Shown here: piece by piece, positions 5,835 through 16,029 of the stretch
How the letters are laid out: the number at the start of each line of letters is the position of its first letter
Numbering within the stretch: position 1 is the stretch's first letter
Source: Candidatus Saccharibacteria bacterium RIFCSPHIGHO2_12_FULL_41_12
Lineage (GTDB): Bacteria; Patescibacteriota; Saccharimonadia; Saccharimonadales; 2-12-FULL-41-12
Length of the DNA stretch: 64,000 nt
Reading direction: 5' to 3'
Assembly: GCA_001790445.1 (NCBI GenBank)
Contig: MGCQ01000008.1
Location: 90,676-154,675 of the forward strand
The notes under the pieces: model-generated
Seen by the model: the letters and a program-made list of their open reading frames with translations, nothing else
What the model was told of the DNA's origin: nothing
Database searches by the model: none
Translations under genes and position numbers: made by a program

Positions 5835-7976
5835 GTGAGTACAATAAACCCATACGGAAAAGAAATAATAACAGTAGAAACAGAGTTTTGTGGCCGAAAG
5901 CTAACCCTAGAATACGGACGAGTAGGCTTTCGTACCTCGGCAAGCGTTATAGTTAAATATGGCGATACAGTCGTACTTGGTACAGCGATGGTCAAAGATC
6001 AACCTGCAGAAGGTTTCGACTACTTCCCAATGTCAATCGACTACGAAGAAAAGATGTACGCAGCGGGTAAAATCAGTGGCAGTAGATTTATCAAACGTGA
6101 GGGTCGCCCAAGCGACGAAGCAGTACTTATCGGACGGCTTATTGATCGTCCTATCAGACCGTTATGGCCCAAAGGCTACCGCCACGAAGTGCAAGGTGTA
6201 GCATCTGTTATGAGCATGGATCCGGAGTTTCGACCGGATATGATTGCAATGATCGCAGTTAGTTGTGCATTGATGCTAACAGGAGCCCCATTTGAAGGTC
6301 CAGTAGCCGGCGTGCGTGTTGCGCAGATTGACGGCAAGTTTGTTCCTTTTGCTAGTAGAGAGCACTTAGACAATGGAGCACTTGATTTAGTAGTTGCTGG
6401 CACAAGCAAGGGTATCATGATGGTTGAAGCCGGAGCCAACGAAGTCAGCGAAGAAGTTGTGGCAGAGGCTCTAGACGCAGCTTTTACAGCCATACAGCCA
6501 GCAATTGAGCTACAAAAAGAGCTAATTAAAAAGATTGGGGTTAAACCTCAGGAATATACTTTGAGTCTTCCTGATGAATCTTTTCAAAAACGCGTCGATG
6601 CGTGGGTTGACGGCAAGCTTGGTGATGCTCTGAGGTCCCCATATCCGGAGAGAAACGAATTAATCGCTGATCTGCGCACCGCACTACTTGCAGAAATTGA
6701 AGCAGATGACTCAGAACATTATCAGGAACATAAGAATACATATAAAGATGCATTTACTATGGCCCTTCACAAAGATGCTAGAGCTGGCATAGTTGAGAAA
6801 CAACTGCGCCCAGATGGTCGAAAACTCGATGAAATCAGGTCACTTTCTAGTGAAGTGGGCATTTTGCCTAGAACCCATGGATCAAGTCTGTTTACCAGAG
6901 GTTTGACCCAGGCTCTTAATATAGTGACGTTGGCACCACTTAGTTATGTGCAACTTGTAGATACCATGGAAAGAAGTGGAGAAAGACGGTTCCTCCATCA
7001 CTATAATGCGCCCGGATATACAGTTGGAGAAATACGAAGACTCGGCAGTGCTGGGCGTAGAGAAATTGGTCACGGATATCTAGCAGAAAGAGCTTTATCG
7101 GCCGTACTTCCTCCAGAAGCAGAATTTCCCTACACGATTCGGTCTGTAACAGAGATAATGAGCCAAAATGGCAGTACCTCAATGGCTGCAACATGCTCAA
7201 GTTGTTTGGCTTTGATGGATGCTGGTGTCCCGATCAAACGCCCAGTTAGTGGAATTGCAATGGGGTTAATGCTCGGAGACGATGGAACACCATATATTTT
7301 GAGTGATATTGCCGACGCAGAGGATTTTGCTGGAGACATGGACTTCAAAGTTACAGGTACAGAAAAAGGCATTACTGCAATTCAGATGGATATGAAAGTT
7401 CATGGGCTTGGTGTAGATGTCTTGAAAACAGCACTTTTAAAAGGCAAAGAAGGCCGTAACTTTATATTGCAACATATGATTAGTGTTCTGGGAGCACCAA
7501 GAGACGGAATTAGTAAATTTGCCCCTCAGGTGGACAAATTGCAGATAAACCCTGAAAAGATCCGAGAAGTTATTGGTAAAGGTGGCGAGATAATCAACAA
7601 GATTATTGCCGAATCAGGCGCAGAAATAGAAATTAAAGATGACGGTTTGGTGCTAATTTCTGCCGTGAGTAGAGAAAGCATGGACAAAGCTATGCAGATG
7701 ATCAGAGTCATCACTGCCGAGCCGGAAGTTGGCCTAATTTATGAGGATTGTCCTGTGGTCAGTGTGCTTGATTTTGGCGCATTTGTGCAGATAATGCCAG
7801 GCAAAGAAGGTCTAGTGCACGTCAGCGAAATGGCAGAAGAGCGAGTATCAAAAACAACTGACTTTATCAAAGAAGGAGACAAAGTAACTGTTAAGCTGAC
7901 CGGTATTGATGATCGTGGACGTTTGCAACTAAGTATGAAAGCAGCAAAAAGAGAACGAGATGAAAAGAAGAGTTAA
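5835..7976 (+). CDS. pnp: polynucleotide phosphorylase
   Basis: 713 aa with two RNase PH-like halves, a KH region and a C-terminal S1 domain (FGAFVQIMPGKEGLVHVSEM). GTG start. Confidence 0.95.
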   Translation: MSTINPYGKEIITVETEFCGRKLTLEYGRVGFRTSASVIVKYGDTVVLGTAMVKDQPAEGFDYFPMSIDYEEKMYAAGKISGSRFIKREGRPSDEAVLIGRLIDRPIRPLWPKGYRHEVQGVASVMSMDPEFRPDMIAMIAVSCALMLTGAPFEGPVAGVRVAQIDGKFVPFASREHLDNGALDLVVAGTSKGIMMVEAGANEVSEEVVAEALDAAFTAIQPAIELQKELIKKIGVKPQEYTLSLPDESFQKRVDAWVDGKLGDALRSPYPERNELIADLRTALLAEIEADDSEHYQEHKNTYKDAFTMALHKDARAGIVEKQLRPDGRKLDEIRSLSSEVGILPRTHGSSLFTRGLTQALNIVTLAPLSYVQLVDTMERSGERRFLHHYNAPGYTVGEIRRLGSAGRREIGHGYLAERALSAVLPPEAEFPYTIRSVTEIMSQNGSTSMAATCSSCLALMDAGVPIKRPVSGIAMGLMLGDDGTPYILSDIADAEDFAGDMDFKVTGTEKGITAIQMDMKVHGLGVDVLKTALLKGKEGRNFILQHMISVLGAPRDGISKFAPQVDKLQINPEKIREVIGKGGEIINKIIAESGAEIEIKDDGLVLISAVSRESMDKAMQMIRVITAEPEVGLIYEDCPVVSVLDFGAFVQIMPGKEGLVHVSEMAEERVSKTTDFIKEGDKVTVKLTGIDDRGRLQLSMKAAKRERDEKKS

Positions 7977-8220
7977 ACACGTTATTTTAAATCACAATGA
8001 ATATCTTCATTACAGTGTAGCTACCAATGTAGTTCTGGCGATTTTAGTCGTGTTTTTGGGGACGTATGCTCTGGACACTGGGGCTATGATTTGGTGGTTT
8101 GCTTGGATAATCTCTATTTACTATTGGCTAGGCATAACTATGCCAGCGCTGTGGAGATTGACCCACCGACACATAAAAAAACGTAGTAAAAACAATGAGG
8201 AAAAACATAACAATTCTTGA
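7960..8220 (+). CDS. small hypothetical membrane protein
   Basis: 86-aa ORF with two hydrophobic segments. Overlaps both neighbours slightly. Confidence 0.4.
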   Translation: MKRRVKHVILNHNEYLHYSVATNVVLAILVVFLGTYALDTGAMIWWFAWIISIYYWLGITMPALWRLTHRHIKKRSKNNEEKHNNS

Positions 8221-8785
8221 ACAGATCAAGGCAGATATTATAAGTCAAAATATCTGTCCAGATTTGGCCAAGCAGGCCACGAACCTTGTCATGGGTGTAG
8301 GAAATACAGATGCAGATGTCATGTTTATCGGAGAAGCTCCAGGAAAAGCTGAAGATGAGCAAGCTCAGCCATTTGTGGGTGCTGCAGGAAAAATCCTCAA
8401 CCGTGCTTTGATCGATAATGATTTTAAGCGAGAGGATGTCTACATAACCAACATTGTGAAATTCCGTCCACCCAATAATCGCGATCCTCTGCCAGAAGAA
8501 AAACGTGCATTTTGGCCGTTTTTGTTAAGGGAGATTAAGGCAGTTAGTCCTAAGCTGATTGTGCCTCTCGGGCGACATTCTATGGGATATTTTCTGCCAA
8601 ATTACAGCATTTCTACGATGCATGGCAAAACTAGAGATGTAGTAATCACAAATGGCGAGGTAAAGCAGACGATTGTTGTTATGCCAATCTATCATCCAGC
8701 GGCAACCATATACAATCAGTATCTAAAGGGCGATTTTGATAAGGATTTTGCCAAAATTAAGAAAATAATTAAAGAAATTAAATAA
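8195..8785 (+). CDS. uracil-DNA glycosylase, family 4
   Basis: GEAPG...FVGAAG motif and the YHPAA motif. Confidence 0.8.
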   Translation: MRKNITILEQIKADIISQNICPDLAKQATNLVMGVGNTDADVMFIGEAPGKAEDEQAQPFVGAAGKILNRALIDNDFKREDVYITNIVKFRPPNNRDPLPEEKRAFWPFLLREIKAVSPKLIVPLGRHSMGYFLPNYSISTMHGKTRDVVITNGEVKQTIVVMPIYHPAATIYNQYLKGDFDKDFAKIKKIIKEIK

Positions 8786-8795
8786 TAGGAATAAA

Positions 8796-10811
8796 ATGAG
8801 TAATCAACCAAACGAAAAAAACAAAAAGAACCAACCCAAACAAAACTCTAATAACTTAGGTCCGAGACAAGCTAGTCGAGGAGCAGCTATTCGTGCACAA
8901 AAACGCACAACTGAAGATGCCCAAAAACTGGCCAGCCAGTACTTAAATGCCAAAGATAACACTGGTGAGAGGGCAAATTTCATAGACAATAGCCCACGGC
9001 TTAAAATTATTGGACTTGGTGGTATGGACGGTGGCGGGTCCAAAAACTGCCTGTTAATAGAATATAAAAATGATGTAGTAGTTATGGACTGTGGCAATGA
9101 TCTTGGTGTTGATTTGCCGGGTATCAACTATGGTATCGCCGACATGTCATATCTTGAAACTGTAAAACATAAACTCAAAGCTTACATAATTACCCACGGA
9201 CATCTTGATCACGTTGGCGCTTTGCCTCATGTTTTACCAAAATATCCTGCACCTGTATATGGTAGTAAGTTCTCCATTGGTCGTGTAGAGGAAATTTTTG
9301 AGAATTTTGCTCTGCCAATGCCTGATGGTTTTGAGCTGAAAACTATAGCTATGAACGAAGATACACATGAGAGGCTAAAAATCGGTGATTTCTTTGTTGA
9401 GCTAGTTCGTGTGACTCACTCGATACCAGGTAGCACTTGTATTGTCTTGGATACGCCGGTAGGTCGACTTATTAATACTGGTGACTTTAGGCTTGATCCA
9501 AATCCACTTGATCATGAAAAAACAGATGTAGCTAGACTTGAGGAGCTCGGTCGTGAAGGAGTTTTGGCGCTGCTTAGTGAAAGTACCACCACAGAACGTT
9601 CTGGGCGTACTCCTAGTGAGAGCACGATAGAGCAGAGCTTTAACGACATTATGAAGAATGCTCCAGGGCGGGTGTTTATCGGACTTTTTTCAACTAATAT
9701 GAACCGAATCCAAATGCTGGTTAATGCAGCTGTTCACAATAATAAAAAGGTAGCTATGGATGGACGAAGCATGGTTAGTACTCTGGAAATGGCTGTACGC
9801 CATGGGTTTATGAAAATCCCTAAAGGGACATTTATCCCTATATCTAGTGTTGCCAGCATGAAAGATCAAGATATAGTAGTGGTCTGTACCGGCTCACAGG
9901 GTGAGCCCAATTCAGCTCTTCAGAGAATGAGCAACGGGGAGCACCAACACGTCAAACTTAAAGAACAGGACACTGTAGTGTTGAGTTCAACCCCAATTCC
10001 TGAATCTGGCAATGATGCGTTGATCGGCGATATGGTTGATCATTTTATGCGTAATAATGTCCATGTTTACAGGCATGAAACATACAGCTTGGACGGTTGT
10101 GGCCCGCTTCATGTGTCTGGTCATGCCAGTATTGATGAGTACAAAGACATGATTAATATGACTAAACCAAAATTCTTTATTCCGATATACGGTAGTTTTC
10201 GTTCTAAAAAGCGACATCTGGAAATTGCTATCGAAGAAGGCATTCCTCGTAGGAATACTTTAAACGCAGAAAATGGTCAAGTTATTGCCCTTACCCCTGA
10301 TAAATTAGAGATAATAGGTGAAGTACCTCACGGTACAATGCTGGTTGATCAAAGCGGTGAGATTGTTAGCAACGTAGTAGTTAAAGACCGGCTAATACTT
10401 GCCAGAGAAGGTATCGTGGCTGTGATACTGACTATTGATAAAAAAACAGGTGGCTTGCTAACCAGCCCTGATATCATCAGCCGAGGATTTATCTACATGA
10501 AAGACGAAGAAGAATTGATGAACGATTTTAGGGCAGAACTCCGCCGGGCAGTTTCCCAGAGGTTTAAGCGAGTTGACTTGGATAGATTTAAAGTAGAACT
10601 ACGTGAACACGTTACTCATTTTTTGTACCAAAAAACAAACCGCAGTCCAATAGTTATTCCTGTCGTTAACGTTGTTGGCGGTGGCCAAAAGCAACAACAA
10701 CAAAATAGTAAAAACCCAAACCAAAAATCAGGTGAAAACCCAGCCGACGCCCAAAAACGTTTCGCCAACATGAGAGCCAGACTTCTCAACCAAGACCCTC
10801 GTGTTGACTAG
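8796..10811 (+). CDS. rnj: ribonuclease J
   Basis: Metallo-beta-lactamase motif HGHLDHVGALP and beta-CASP architecture. Low-complexity N- and C-terminal extensions. Confidence 0.9.
   Translation: MSNQPNEKNKKNQPKQNSNNLGPRQASRGAAIRAQKRTTEDAQKLASQYLNAKDNTGERANFIDNSPRLKIIGLGGMDGGGSKNCLLIEYKNDVVVMDCGNDLGVDLPGINYGIADMSYLETVKHKLKAYIITHGHLDHVGALPHVLPKYPAPVYGSKFSIGRVEEIFENFALPMPDGFELKTIAMNEDTHERLKIGDFFVELVRVTHSIPGSTCIVLDTPVGRLINTGDFRLDPNPLDHEKTDVARLEELGREGVLALLSESTTTERSGRTPSESTIEQSFNDIMKNAPGRVFIGLFSTNMNRIQMLVNAAVHNNKKVAMDGRSMVSTLEMAVRHGFMKIPKGTFIPISSVASMKDQDIVVVCTGSQGEPNSALQRMSNGEHQHVKLKEQDTVVLSSTPIPESGNDALIGDMVDHFMRNNVHVYRHETYSLDGCGPLHVSGHASIDEYKDMINMTKPKFFIPIYGSFRSKKRHLEIAIEEGIPRRNTLNAENGQVIALTPDKLEIIGEVPHGTMLVDQSGEIVSNVVVKDRLILAREGIVAVILTIDKKTGGLLTSPDIISRGFIYMKDEEELMNDFRAELRRAVSQRFKRVDLDRFKVELREHVTHFLYQKTNRSPIVIPVVNVVGGGQKQQQQNSKNPNQKSGENPADAQKRFANMRARLLNQDPRVD
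10750..10809 (+). repeat. 60-bp perfect direct repeat, copy 1 (last 20 codons of rnj)
   Basis: Identical to 11568-11627 (offset 818). Confidence 0.95.
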
Positions 10812-10843
10812 ACAAACAACAGATAACATGGTATTATCTGACA

Positions 10844-11557
10844 ATGCGACTATCAAATACTGCGGAGTCATCGGTTCATAGTCCGACCTCTGCTTTTGGT
10901 TGGACTACTGATCCCTCTTATTTGCCTAGTTTGGACGAGGTCAGGGCCACTGAAATTTCTTTCGAAGGAAAAGAAGCTCTTCGTCAGTACTATGTACGAC
11001 CGTGGGAGACTGAAAGGTTCGAGGTCTGGACGCAAGAATTTATTGCAGGACTGAGCAAGCACATACTGTCTGGTGTTAATGTGGCGCAAGTAGAGGCACC
11101 TATGATACTAGAAGTCGGCGCAGGTGATGGCAGGCTTGCCGGGTTTCTGGGGCAGATCATTGAGTTAAGCGATCCCCAAGCAAGCGTGGTCGCGACGGAC
11201 ACAGAGCCACAACAAGGTTCTGCTTTTCCCGTCATAAGCATGGACGTGCGTGAGGCGCTTGAGGAGTACAAACCCAATGTAGTCATATCCAGCTGGATGC
11301 CTCTCGGTCATGAATGGACGAGGGACATGAGGGCTGCGCCCACAGTGAATGAGTACATAATTATAGGCGTCCCGCACATGACAGGATCTTATTCGACTTG
11401 GCACGGACCAGAGCTTGGCGAGTTCATACCCGCCGATCTAGAGCAACTTGATCAGCAAAAGATAGGACAACTCAGCGATGAGGCCATCCTTGGTTATAAA
11501 ACTATCACCCGTTCCTTCAAACGCCAGACCAAAGCTAGGCTAATTCCTGAACAGTAA
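10844..11557 (+). CDS. hypothetical protein, class I SAM-methyltransferase-like
   Basis: Glycine-rich motif I-like ILEVGAGDGRLAGFL followed by VVATD. Noticeably more GC-rich than its flanks. Confidence 0.5.
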   Translation: MRLSNTAESSVHSPTSAFGWTTDPSYLPSLDEVRATEISFEGKEALRQYYVRPWETERFEVWTQEFIAGLSKHILSGVNVAQVEAPMILEVGAGDGRLAGFLGQIIELSDPQASVVATDTEPQQGSAFPVISMDVREALEEYKPNVVISSWMPLGHEWTRDMRAAPTVNEYIIIGVPHMTGSYSTWHGPELGEFIPADLEQLDQQKIGQLSDEAILGYKTITRSFKRQTKARLIPEQ

Positions 11558-11567
11558 GCTACTAAAA

Positions 11568-11627
11568 CCCAAAAACGTTTCGCCAACATGAGAGCCAGAC
11601 TTCTCAACCAAGACCCTCGTGTTGACT
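11568..11627 (+). repeat. 60-bp perfect direct repeat, copy 2 (orphan rnj 3' end, followed by TGA)
   Basis: Identical to 10750-10809. The next base differs, so the in-frame stop is TGA instead of TAG. Confidence 0.95.
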
Positions 11628-11638
11628 GAGAAAGAGGT

Positions 11639-11667
11639 TTGACAATTGTTGTGATTTTTGCTATAAT
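11639..11667 (+). promoter_or_regulatory. consensus sigma70 promoter upstream of ftsK
   Basis: TTGACA (11639-11644), 17 nt, TGcTATAAT (11659-11667). Confidence 0.6.
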
Positions 11668-11715
11668 AAAGCTTACAATATTTAAATTTTCTCTGGTAGA
11701 ATAAGAATAAGCATC

Positions 11716-13935
11716 ATGGCAAAAAAGAAACATAGCAAAAAAGCTTCAAGTACAAAAGCAGACAAGCAAAAGAGTAATGTCGTGGCTAATGTTACCAGCG
11801 TGGTTCTGGTCATTATCTCTACTCTTGCCCTAGTCGGCTCTTTCCATACTGGTGGTTCTTTGCCAATTGGTTTATATCGCGGTTTTGATTGGGTTTTTGG
11901 TTGGGCATCATTTGTTGTCGCTTTTTCTATAATCTATATGGTGATTTATCGGTTTACTAGAGAAGATCAGAAATTAAATTTTAAACATCTAGCATCTATG
12001 GACATGTTTATAATTCTGTTGGCGGGGTTTTTCCATGTTTTAACTCTTCATAGCAATTCAACAACTGGCGAAAGAAGTGGGGGAAATGGCGGATTTGTTG
12101 GTGAACTAGTCGGTGGCACACTTTTTGACTATTTAGATAAATACCCATCAATTATCTTAATGTTTTTACTGTGCTTTGTGTTCTTTTTCTTTGCGTTTAA
12201 TTTGTCACTTAAAAATTTCCTTAATTTTGTGAGGAAGAAGATATTTTCAACACCAAAAGAAGATCAAGATCTGGAAAACCTCGATCAGCATGCCGGCTTT
12301 AAGCTTAACAAAGGCGTCCCTCTGGAAGACCACAGTGAAGAGTTAGCAAATAAACCAGCTAGACTTTCATCTTTTAAAAATACTGCAAAACAACTTACAG
12401 GGGCAGATGATCAACAGGCATTAACTGCTCAGAAAGATCCTGACTGGAAGTTCCCAACCATTGACTTGCTAAATCTCAAGCAGGACAAGGCTGACGCGGG
12501 AGATATTAATCAAAATGCCGATATTATCCGTGACACTCTCAGCAATTTTAGTATTAGTGTAGATATGGAGGGCGCAAATGTTGGTCCGAGGGTAACGCAG
12601 TATACCCTAAAACCTCCAACAGGTGTGAAATTAACCAAAATTACCGCGCTTGAAGACAACCTGGCTCTGGATCTGGCGGCACATTCTATTAGAATTGAGG
12701 CCCCGATACCAGGTAAAAGACTGGTTGGCATAGAAGTTCCAAACTATAAGTCAGCTACGGTGAGAATTGGTGGAGTGCTAAGTTCCGATGAGTGGACGAA
12801 CCTTAAATCTCCACTAGGATTTGTGATAGGCAAAGACATTTCAGGGACATCTATTGTGGCAGATTTGGCTAAAATGCCCCACCTTTTAGTGGCTGGTCAG
12901 ACAGGGTCCGGCAAGTCGGTTATGATCAATACTATTTTGGCCAGTTTGTTATTTCACAATACCCCAGCAGATTTAAAATTAATTTTAGTTGATCCTAAAC
13001 AAGTTGAACTGACTCCTTATGACGGCATTCCTCATCTGTTAGCACCGGTTATTCATGAGCCAGAAAAGTGTATCAGTGCTCTCAAATGGGCTATAGCAGA
13101 GATGGAGCGACGTCTAAAAACAATAGCTGGGGTAGGCAAGAGAAATATCGAAGAATATAATAATCTAAAAAAAGAAGAGGGTATGCCTTATATTGTGATT
13201 GTGGTTGATGAGCTTGCAGATTTAATGATGGTGGCAGCGCGCGATGTTGAATCATTGATTGTTAGAATTTCGCAAAAAGCCAGGGCGGCTGGTATTCACC
13301 TCATATTAGCAACGCAGAGACCAAGTGTAGATGTTATCACAGGTTTGATTAAAGCCAATGTGCCATCTCGAATTGCCTTTACGGTGGCTAGCCAAGTGGA
13401 CTCAAGGACGATTATTGACCAAATGGGGGCTAATAAATTGCTTGGTCAAGGTGATATGTTGTTTAAGGCATCAAATATGCCAAATCCTAAGAGAATTCAA
13501 GCAGCATTTATTTCGGAACAAGAGACAGCCAAAATTAATGAATTTTTGAAAAATCAGAGAGAACCGCAATATGATGACGAAATTATTTCTCAACCTGTCC
13601 AGTTAAACGGGCGGGGCGGTCTTGTAACTCATGATAACTTTGGTGGAGGTAGTGCTGATGATGATCTCTGGAAAGACGCTGTGCATGTAGTCCTAGAGGG
13701 GCGCAAGGCCAGCACCAGCTTGCTCCAGAGACGTCTAAGAGTTGGTTATGCGCGGGCAGCTAGGCTAATTGAAACCATGGAAGAACAAGGCATTGTTGGG
13801 CCGGCAGATGGCTCGCGTCCTAGAGAGGTCTTGATATCCAGCATGGATGATGTCTTTGGTAGAGAAGATGACGAAATAATCGCCGGCGGAGATAATGATT
13901 TTTCTGATTCGCACAGTAGCGCCAAAGACGAATAA
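11716..13935 (+). CDS. ftsK: DNA translocase FtsK/SpoIIIE
   Basis: N-terminal TM segments, Walker A GQTGSGKS, Walker B VVDELADLM, and a gamma wHTH domain (LLQRRLRVGYARAARLIETME). Confidence 0.95.
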   Translation: MAKKKHSKKASSTKADKQKSNVVANVTSVVLVIISTLALVGSFHTGGSLPIGLYRGFDWVFGWASFVVAFSIIYMVIYRFTREDQKLNFKHLASMDMFIILLAGFFHVLTLHSNSTTGERSGGNGGFVGELVGGTLFDYLDKYPSIILMFLLCFVFFFFAFNLSLKNFLNFVRKKIFSTPKEDQDLENLDQHAGFKLNKGVPLEDHSEELANKPARLSSFKNTAKQLTGADDQQALTAQKDPDWKFPTIDLLNLKQDKADAGDINQNADIIRDTLSNFSISVDMEGANVGPRVTQYTLKPPTGVKLTKITALEDNLALDLAAHSIRIEAPIPGKRLVGIEVPNYKSATVRIGGVLSSDEWTNLKSPLGFVIGKDISGTSIVADLAKMPHLLVAGQTGSGKSVMINTILASLLFHNTPADLKLILVDPKQVELTPYDGIPHLLAPVIHEPEKCISALKWAIAEMERRLKTIAGVGKRNIEEYNNLKKEEGMPYIVIVVDELADLMMVAARDVESLIVRISQKARAAGIHLILATQRPSVDVITGLIKANVPSRIAFTVASQVDSRTIIDQMGANKLLGQGDMLFKASNMPNPKRIQAAFISEQETAKINEFLKNQREPQYDDEIISQPVQLNGRGGLVTHDNFGGGSADDDLWKDAVHVVLEGRKASTSLLQRRLRVGYARAARLIETMEEQGIVGPADGSRPREVLISSMDDVFGREDDEIIAGGDNDFSDSHSSAKDE

Positions 13936-13943
13936 CTAAGTCG

Positions 13944-14918
13944 CTAGACAAGTTCCTCTGCATAAAAAACGCATGGTTCGCCATGTCTTCTTCTGTAATC
14001 AGCGGTGTCTGCCATTATTCCTGGGACGGTATCTTTAGTTACATCACCTGGTGGGATGATATCACCCAGTTCAAAGAAAGTTTCTCTTTTGCCCTTACCA
14101 AAACTTGCGTTTACCGGCAGCAATCCGCATTCCATATTCATAATTAATCTGGACGTAGCAGGAATTACCTTGTGGGTTATTAGTTTGCCTTCATATTCGT
14201 CTTTACCCCAAATGTTTTTTTCACCCCCAGGTGACATTGTGATCAATGCTTTTAATCCGTCAGGATGGTTCGTTGGGGCTTGTGCTGCTGATTTAGAATT
14301 ATCCTTAAACCTGTTGTTGTATTCTCTTACGAAATCTAGTGGCATTTTAGCCTCTAGCATAGGTTTATTTATAGGAAAAGCGTAATGTGGGCTACCGACA
14401 GAACGCTGTATTGACAAAAAAGGTTTTTTAAATGGGGTATGTTTCCAGCCGATATTGATTGGCAGTAGTCCTCTTGTGGCAACACCAAGAGATATATTGA
14501 TCATTGCGCTTAATCTATCCCACTCAGAGCCCCATGTTTGTTCTGACGCAAGTCCCATATGAGCTGAAGTCAAAGACCGTGCCCCCTGAAGGTCTGGGTG
14601 ATGGTCATTTACTAGGAGCAGTGGATATTGCTGAAGTGCCTCGGTTATAATCGATGCTTTTTCGACAAATGGACGAACGCATACTCTATCAGCTTCTTCT
14701 TTGGAAAGTTTGTCATTTTTTCTTATTATGAAATTAGCGACTTGAAGCCCCCTCTCGCTTGGTTGAGCAGACCAAAAGGTTTTGTCATAATCGCATAGTT
14801 CATTCCCAGCATCATAGGGGACTGCATAAGCTACGGCTCCAAGGTGTGCCTCCTCTATATATCTTGCGGTAAAACCACCAACTAGTTTTTCGTGGACTTC
14901 TCTGGCTTCTGCGCTCAT
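13944..14918 (-). CDS. hypothetical protein (324 aa, soluble)
   Basis: Long ORF with no recognised motif. Confidence 0.6.
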   Translation of the reverse strand: MSAEAREVHEKLVGGFTARYIEEAHLGAVAYAVPYDAGNELCDYDKTFWSAQPSERGLQVANFIIRKNDKLSKEEADRVCVRPFVEKASIITEALQQYPLLLVNDHHPDLQGARSLTSAHMGLASEQTWGSEWDRLSAMINISLGVATRGLLPINIGWKHTPFKKPFLSIQRSVGSPHYAFPINKPMLEAKMPLDFVREYNNRFKDNSKSAAQAPTNHPDGLKALITMSPGGEKNIWGKDEYEGKLITHKVIPATSRLIMNMECGLLPVNASFGKGKRETFFELGDIIPPGDVTKDTVPGIMADTADYRRRHGEPCVFYAEELV

Positions 14919-15002
14919 AGGGATAACTTTAGCGTAGATTTTACTAAAAGAAAATTGCTTAAGGTTTGTTTTTGCAAAAAAAATGGAAAAAACGACCGAT
15001 GT

Positions 15003-15031
15003 TTGACAGAATATATATTATTTGTTATAAT
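15003..15031 (+). promoter_or_regulatory. perfect consensus sigma70 promoter
   Basis: TTGACA (15003-15008), 17 nt, TGtTATAAT (15023-15031). AAAGGAG RBS at 15037-15043 and TTG start at 15052. Confidence 0.65.
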
Positions 15032-15051
15032 AGACAAAAGGAGATAACGAC

Positions 15052-15918
15052 TTGAGCGAAGTGAACTTTGCAAATTTTAATCCAGCGGAGCATTCTGTTT
15101 ACGATGTTGGCGAAGGGGTTATCCGTGAAATGGCAGGAGCTTTTGGCTATGAACTTACAGCTGAGCCTGATGTAGATAATCTGGGTGATTTAATCGGTGC
15201 CGTTGGTCCCGCTAAAACCCTCCAGGACAATATTGAAAAAGTGCAAGCTAGGTTAGGAACTGACCAAGATGCGGTTAATATTGCCAGGGATTGGGTTGAG
15301 CGGTCAGGGCTTTTGACTCCGGTGGAGCGTTCTTTTATGAATCCGGAGCTAGAGGTGCTAAAAGACATTGATGTTGCAGTGATTACGGGTGGTGTAGCTA
15401 ACTGGATGCACAGACGTGCTGATGCATTGATTCAGAGGATAAATCGTGATGGAACTCAAATTGGCAAAGTAATTTTGGCTGCAGGAAACAGAAAAATGCC
15501 AGATAGTGAAAGAGACGATGTGATGGGTGGCGAAACGGAATATATATACATGGGTGATATTATAAAGCCGAAATTGGGTAAAGCGGGCGTTATTGTAAGT
15601 TCAGTTATAGGTGCAGATTCAGGAGTGGGGGATGATGTTGCCGAAGCATTTGTAGAATATGGCATTTCTTCAAAGGCAAGAAATGTTTTAGTTGTTAGTA
15701 ACGCTGGTGCCTGGGTGCAAAATGCTGGCCAAATTAAACGAGCGATGATGCGACGACTTCAGTTAGACGAAGAATTACCAGATAATGAATTGTTTGTTAT
15801 CAGTGATGAATTTCCTTTAGGCACAGGAGTGGAGCCAGCCGCTACACACCAAAACCCGCTTTCTGCACTAGGTCAGATCGCCAGAAACGCACAAGAATTT
15901 GTCCGCCACCAAACCTAG
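15052..15918 (+). CDS. hypothetical protein (288 aa, soluble)
   Basis: ORF with a strong promoter and RBS. A faint resemblance to the DUF218/YdcF-type fold pattern is not verifiable here. Confidence 0.6.
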   Translation: MSEVNFANFNPAEHSVYDVGEGVIREMAGAFGYELTAEPDVDNLGDLIGAVGPAKTLQDNIEKVQARLGTDQDAVNIARDWVERSGLLTPVERSFMNPELEVLKDIDVAVITGGVANWMHRRADALIQRINRDGTQIGKVILAAGNRKMPDSERDDVMGGETEYIYMGDIIKPKLGKAGVIVSSVIGADSGVGDDVAEAFVEYGISSKARNVLVVSNAGAWVQNAGQIKRAMMRRLQLDEELPDNELFVISDEFPLGTGVEPAATHQNPLSALGQIARNAQEFVRHQT

Positions 15919-15921
15919 AAG

Positions 15922-15950
15922 TTGATTTTTAAGAAGTTCTTTAGTATAAT
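15922..15950 (+). promoter_or_regulatory. sigma70 promoter for the rpsF-ssb-rpsR cluster
   Basis: TTGATT (15922-15927), 17 nt, TATAAT (15945-15950). Confidence 0.55.
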
Positions 15951-16029
15951 CAATGTATTAATAACTCAGTTTGTGGCTCCGATAGCTAACGGGTGCGCAC
16001 AGGCAATAACCAGAGGAGGAAACACCTAA

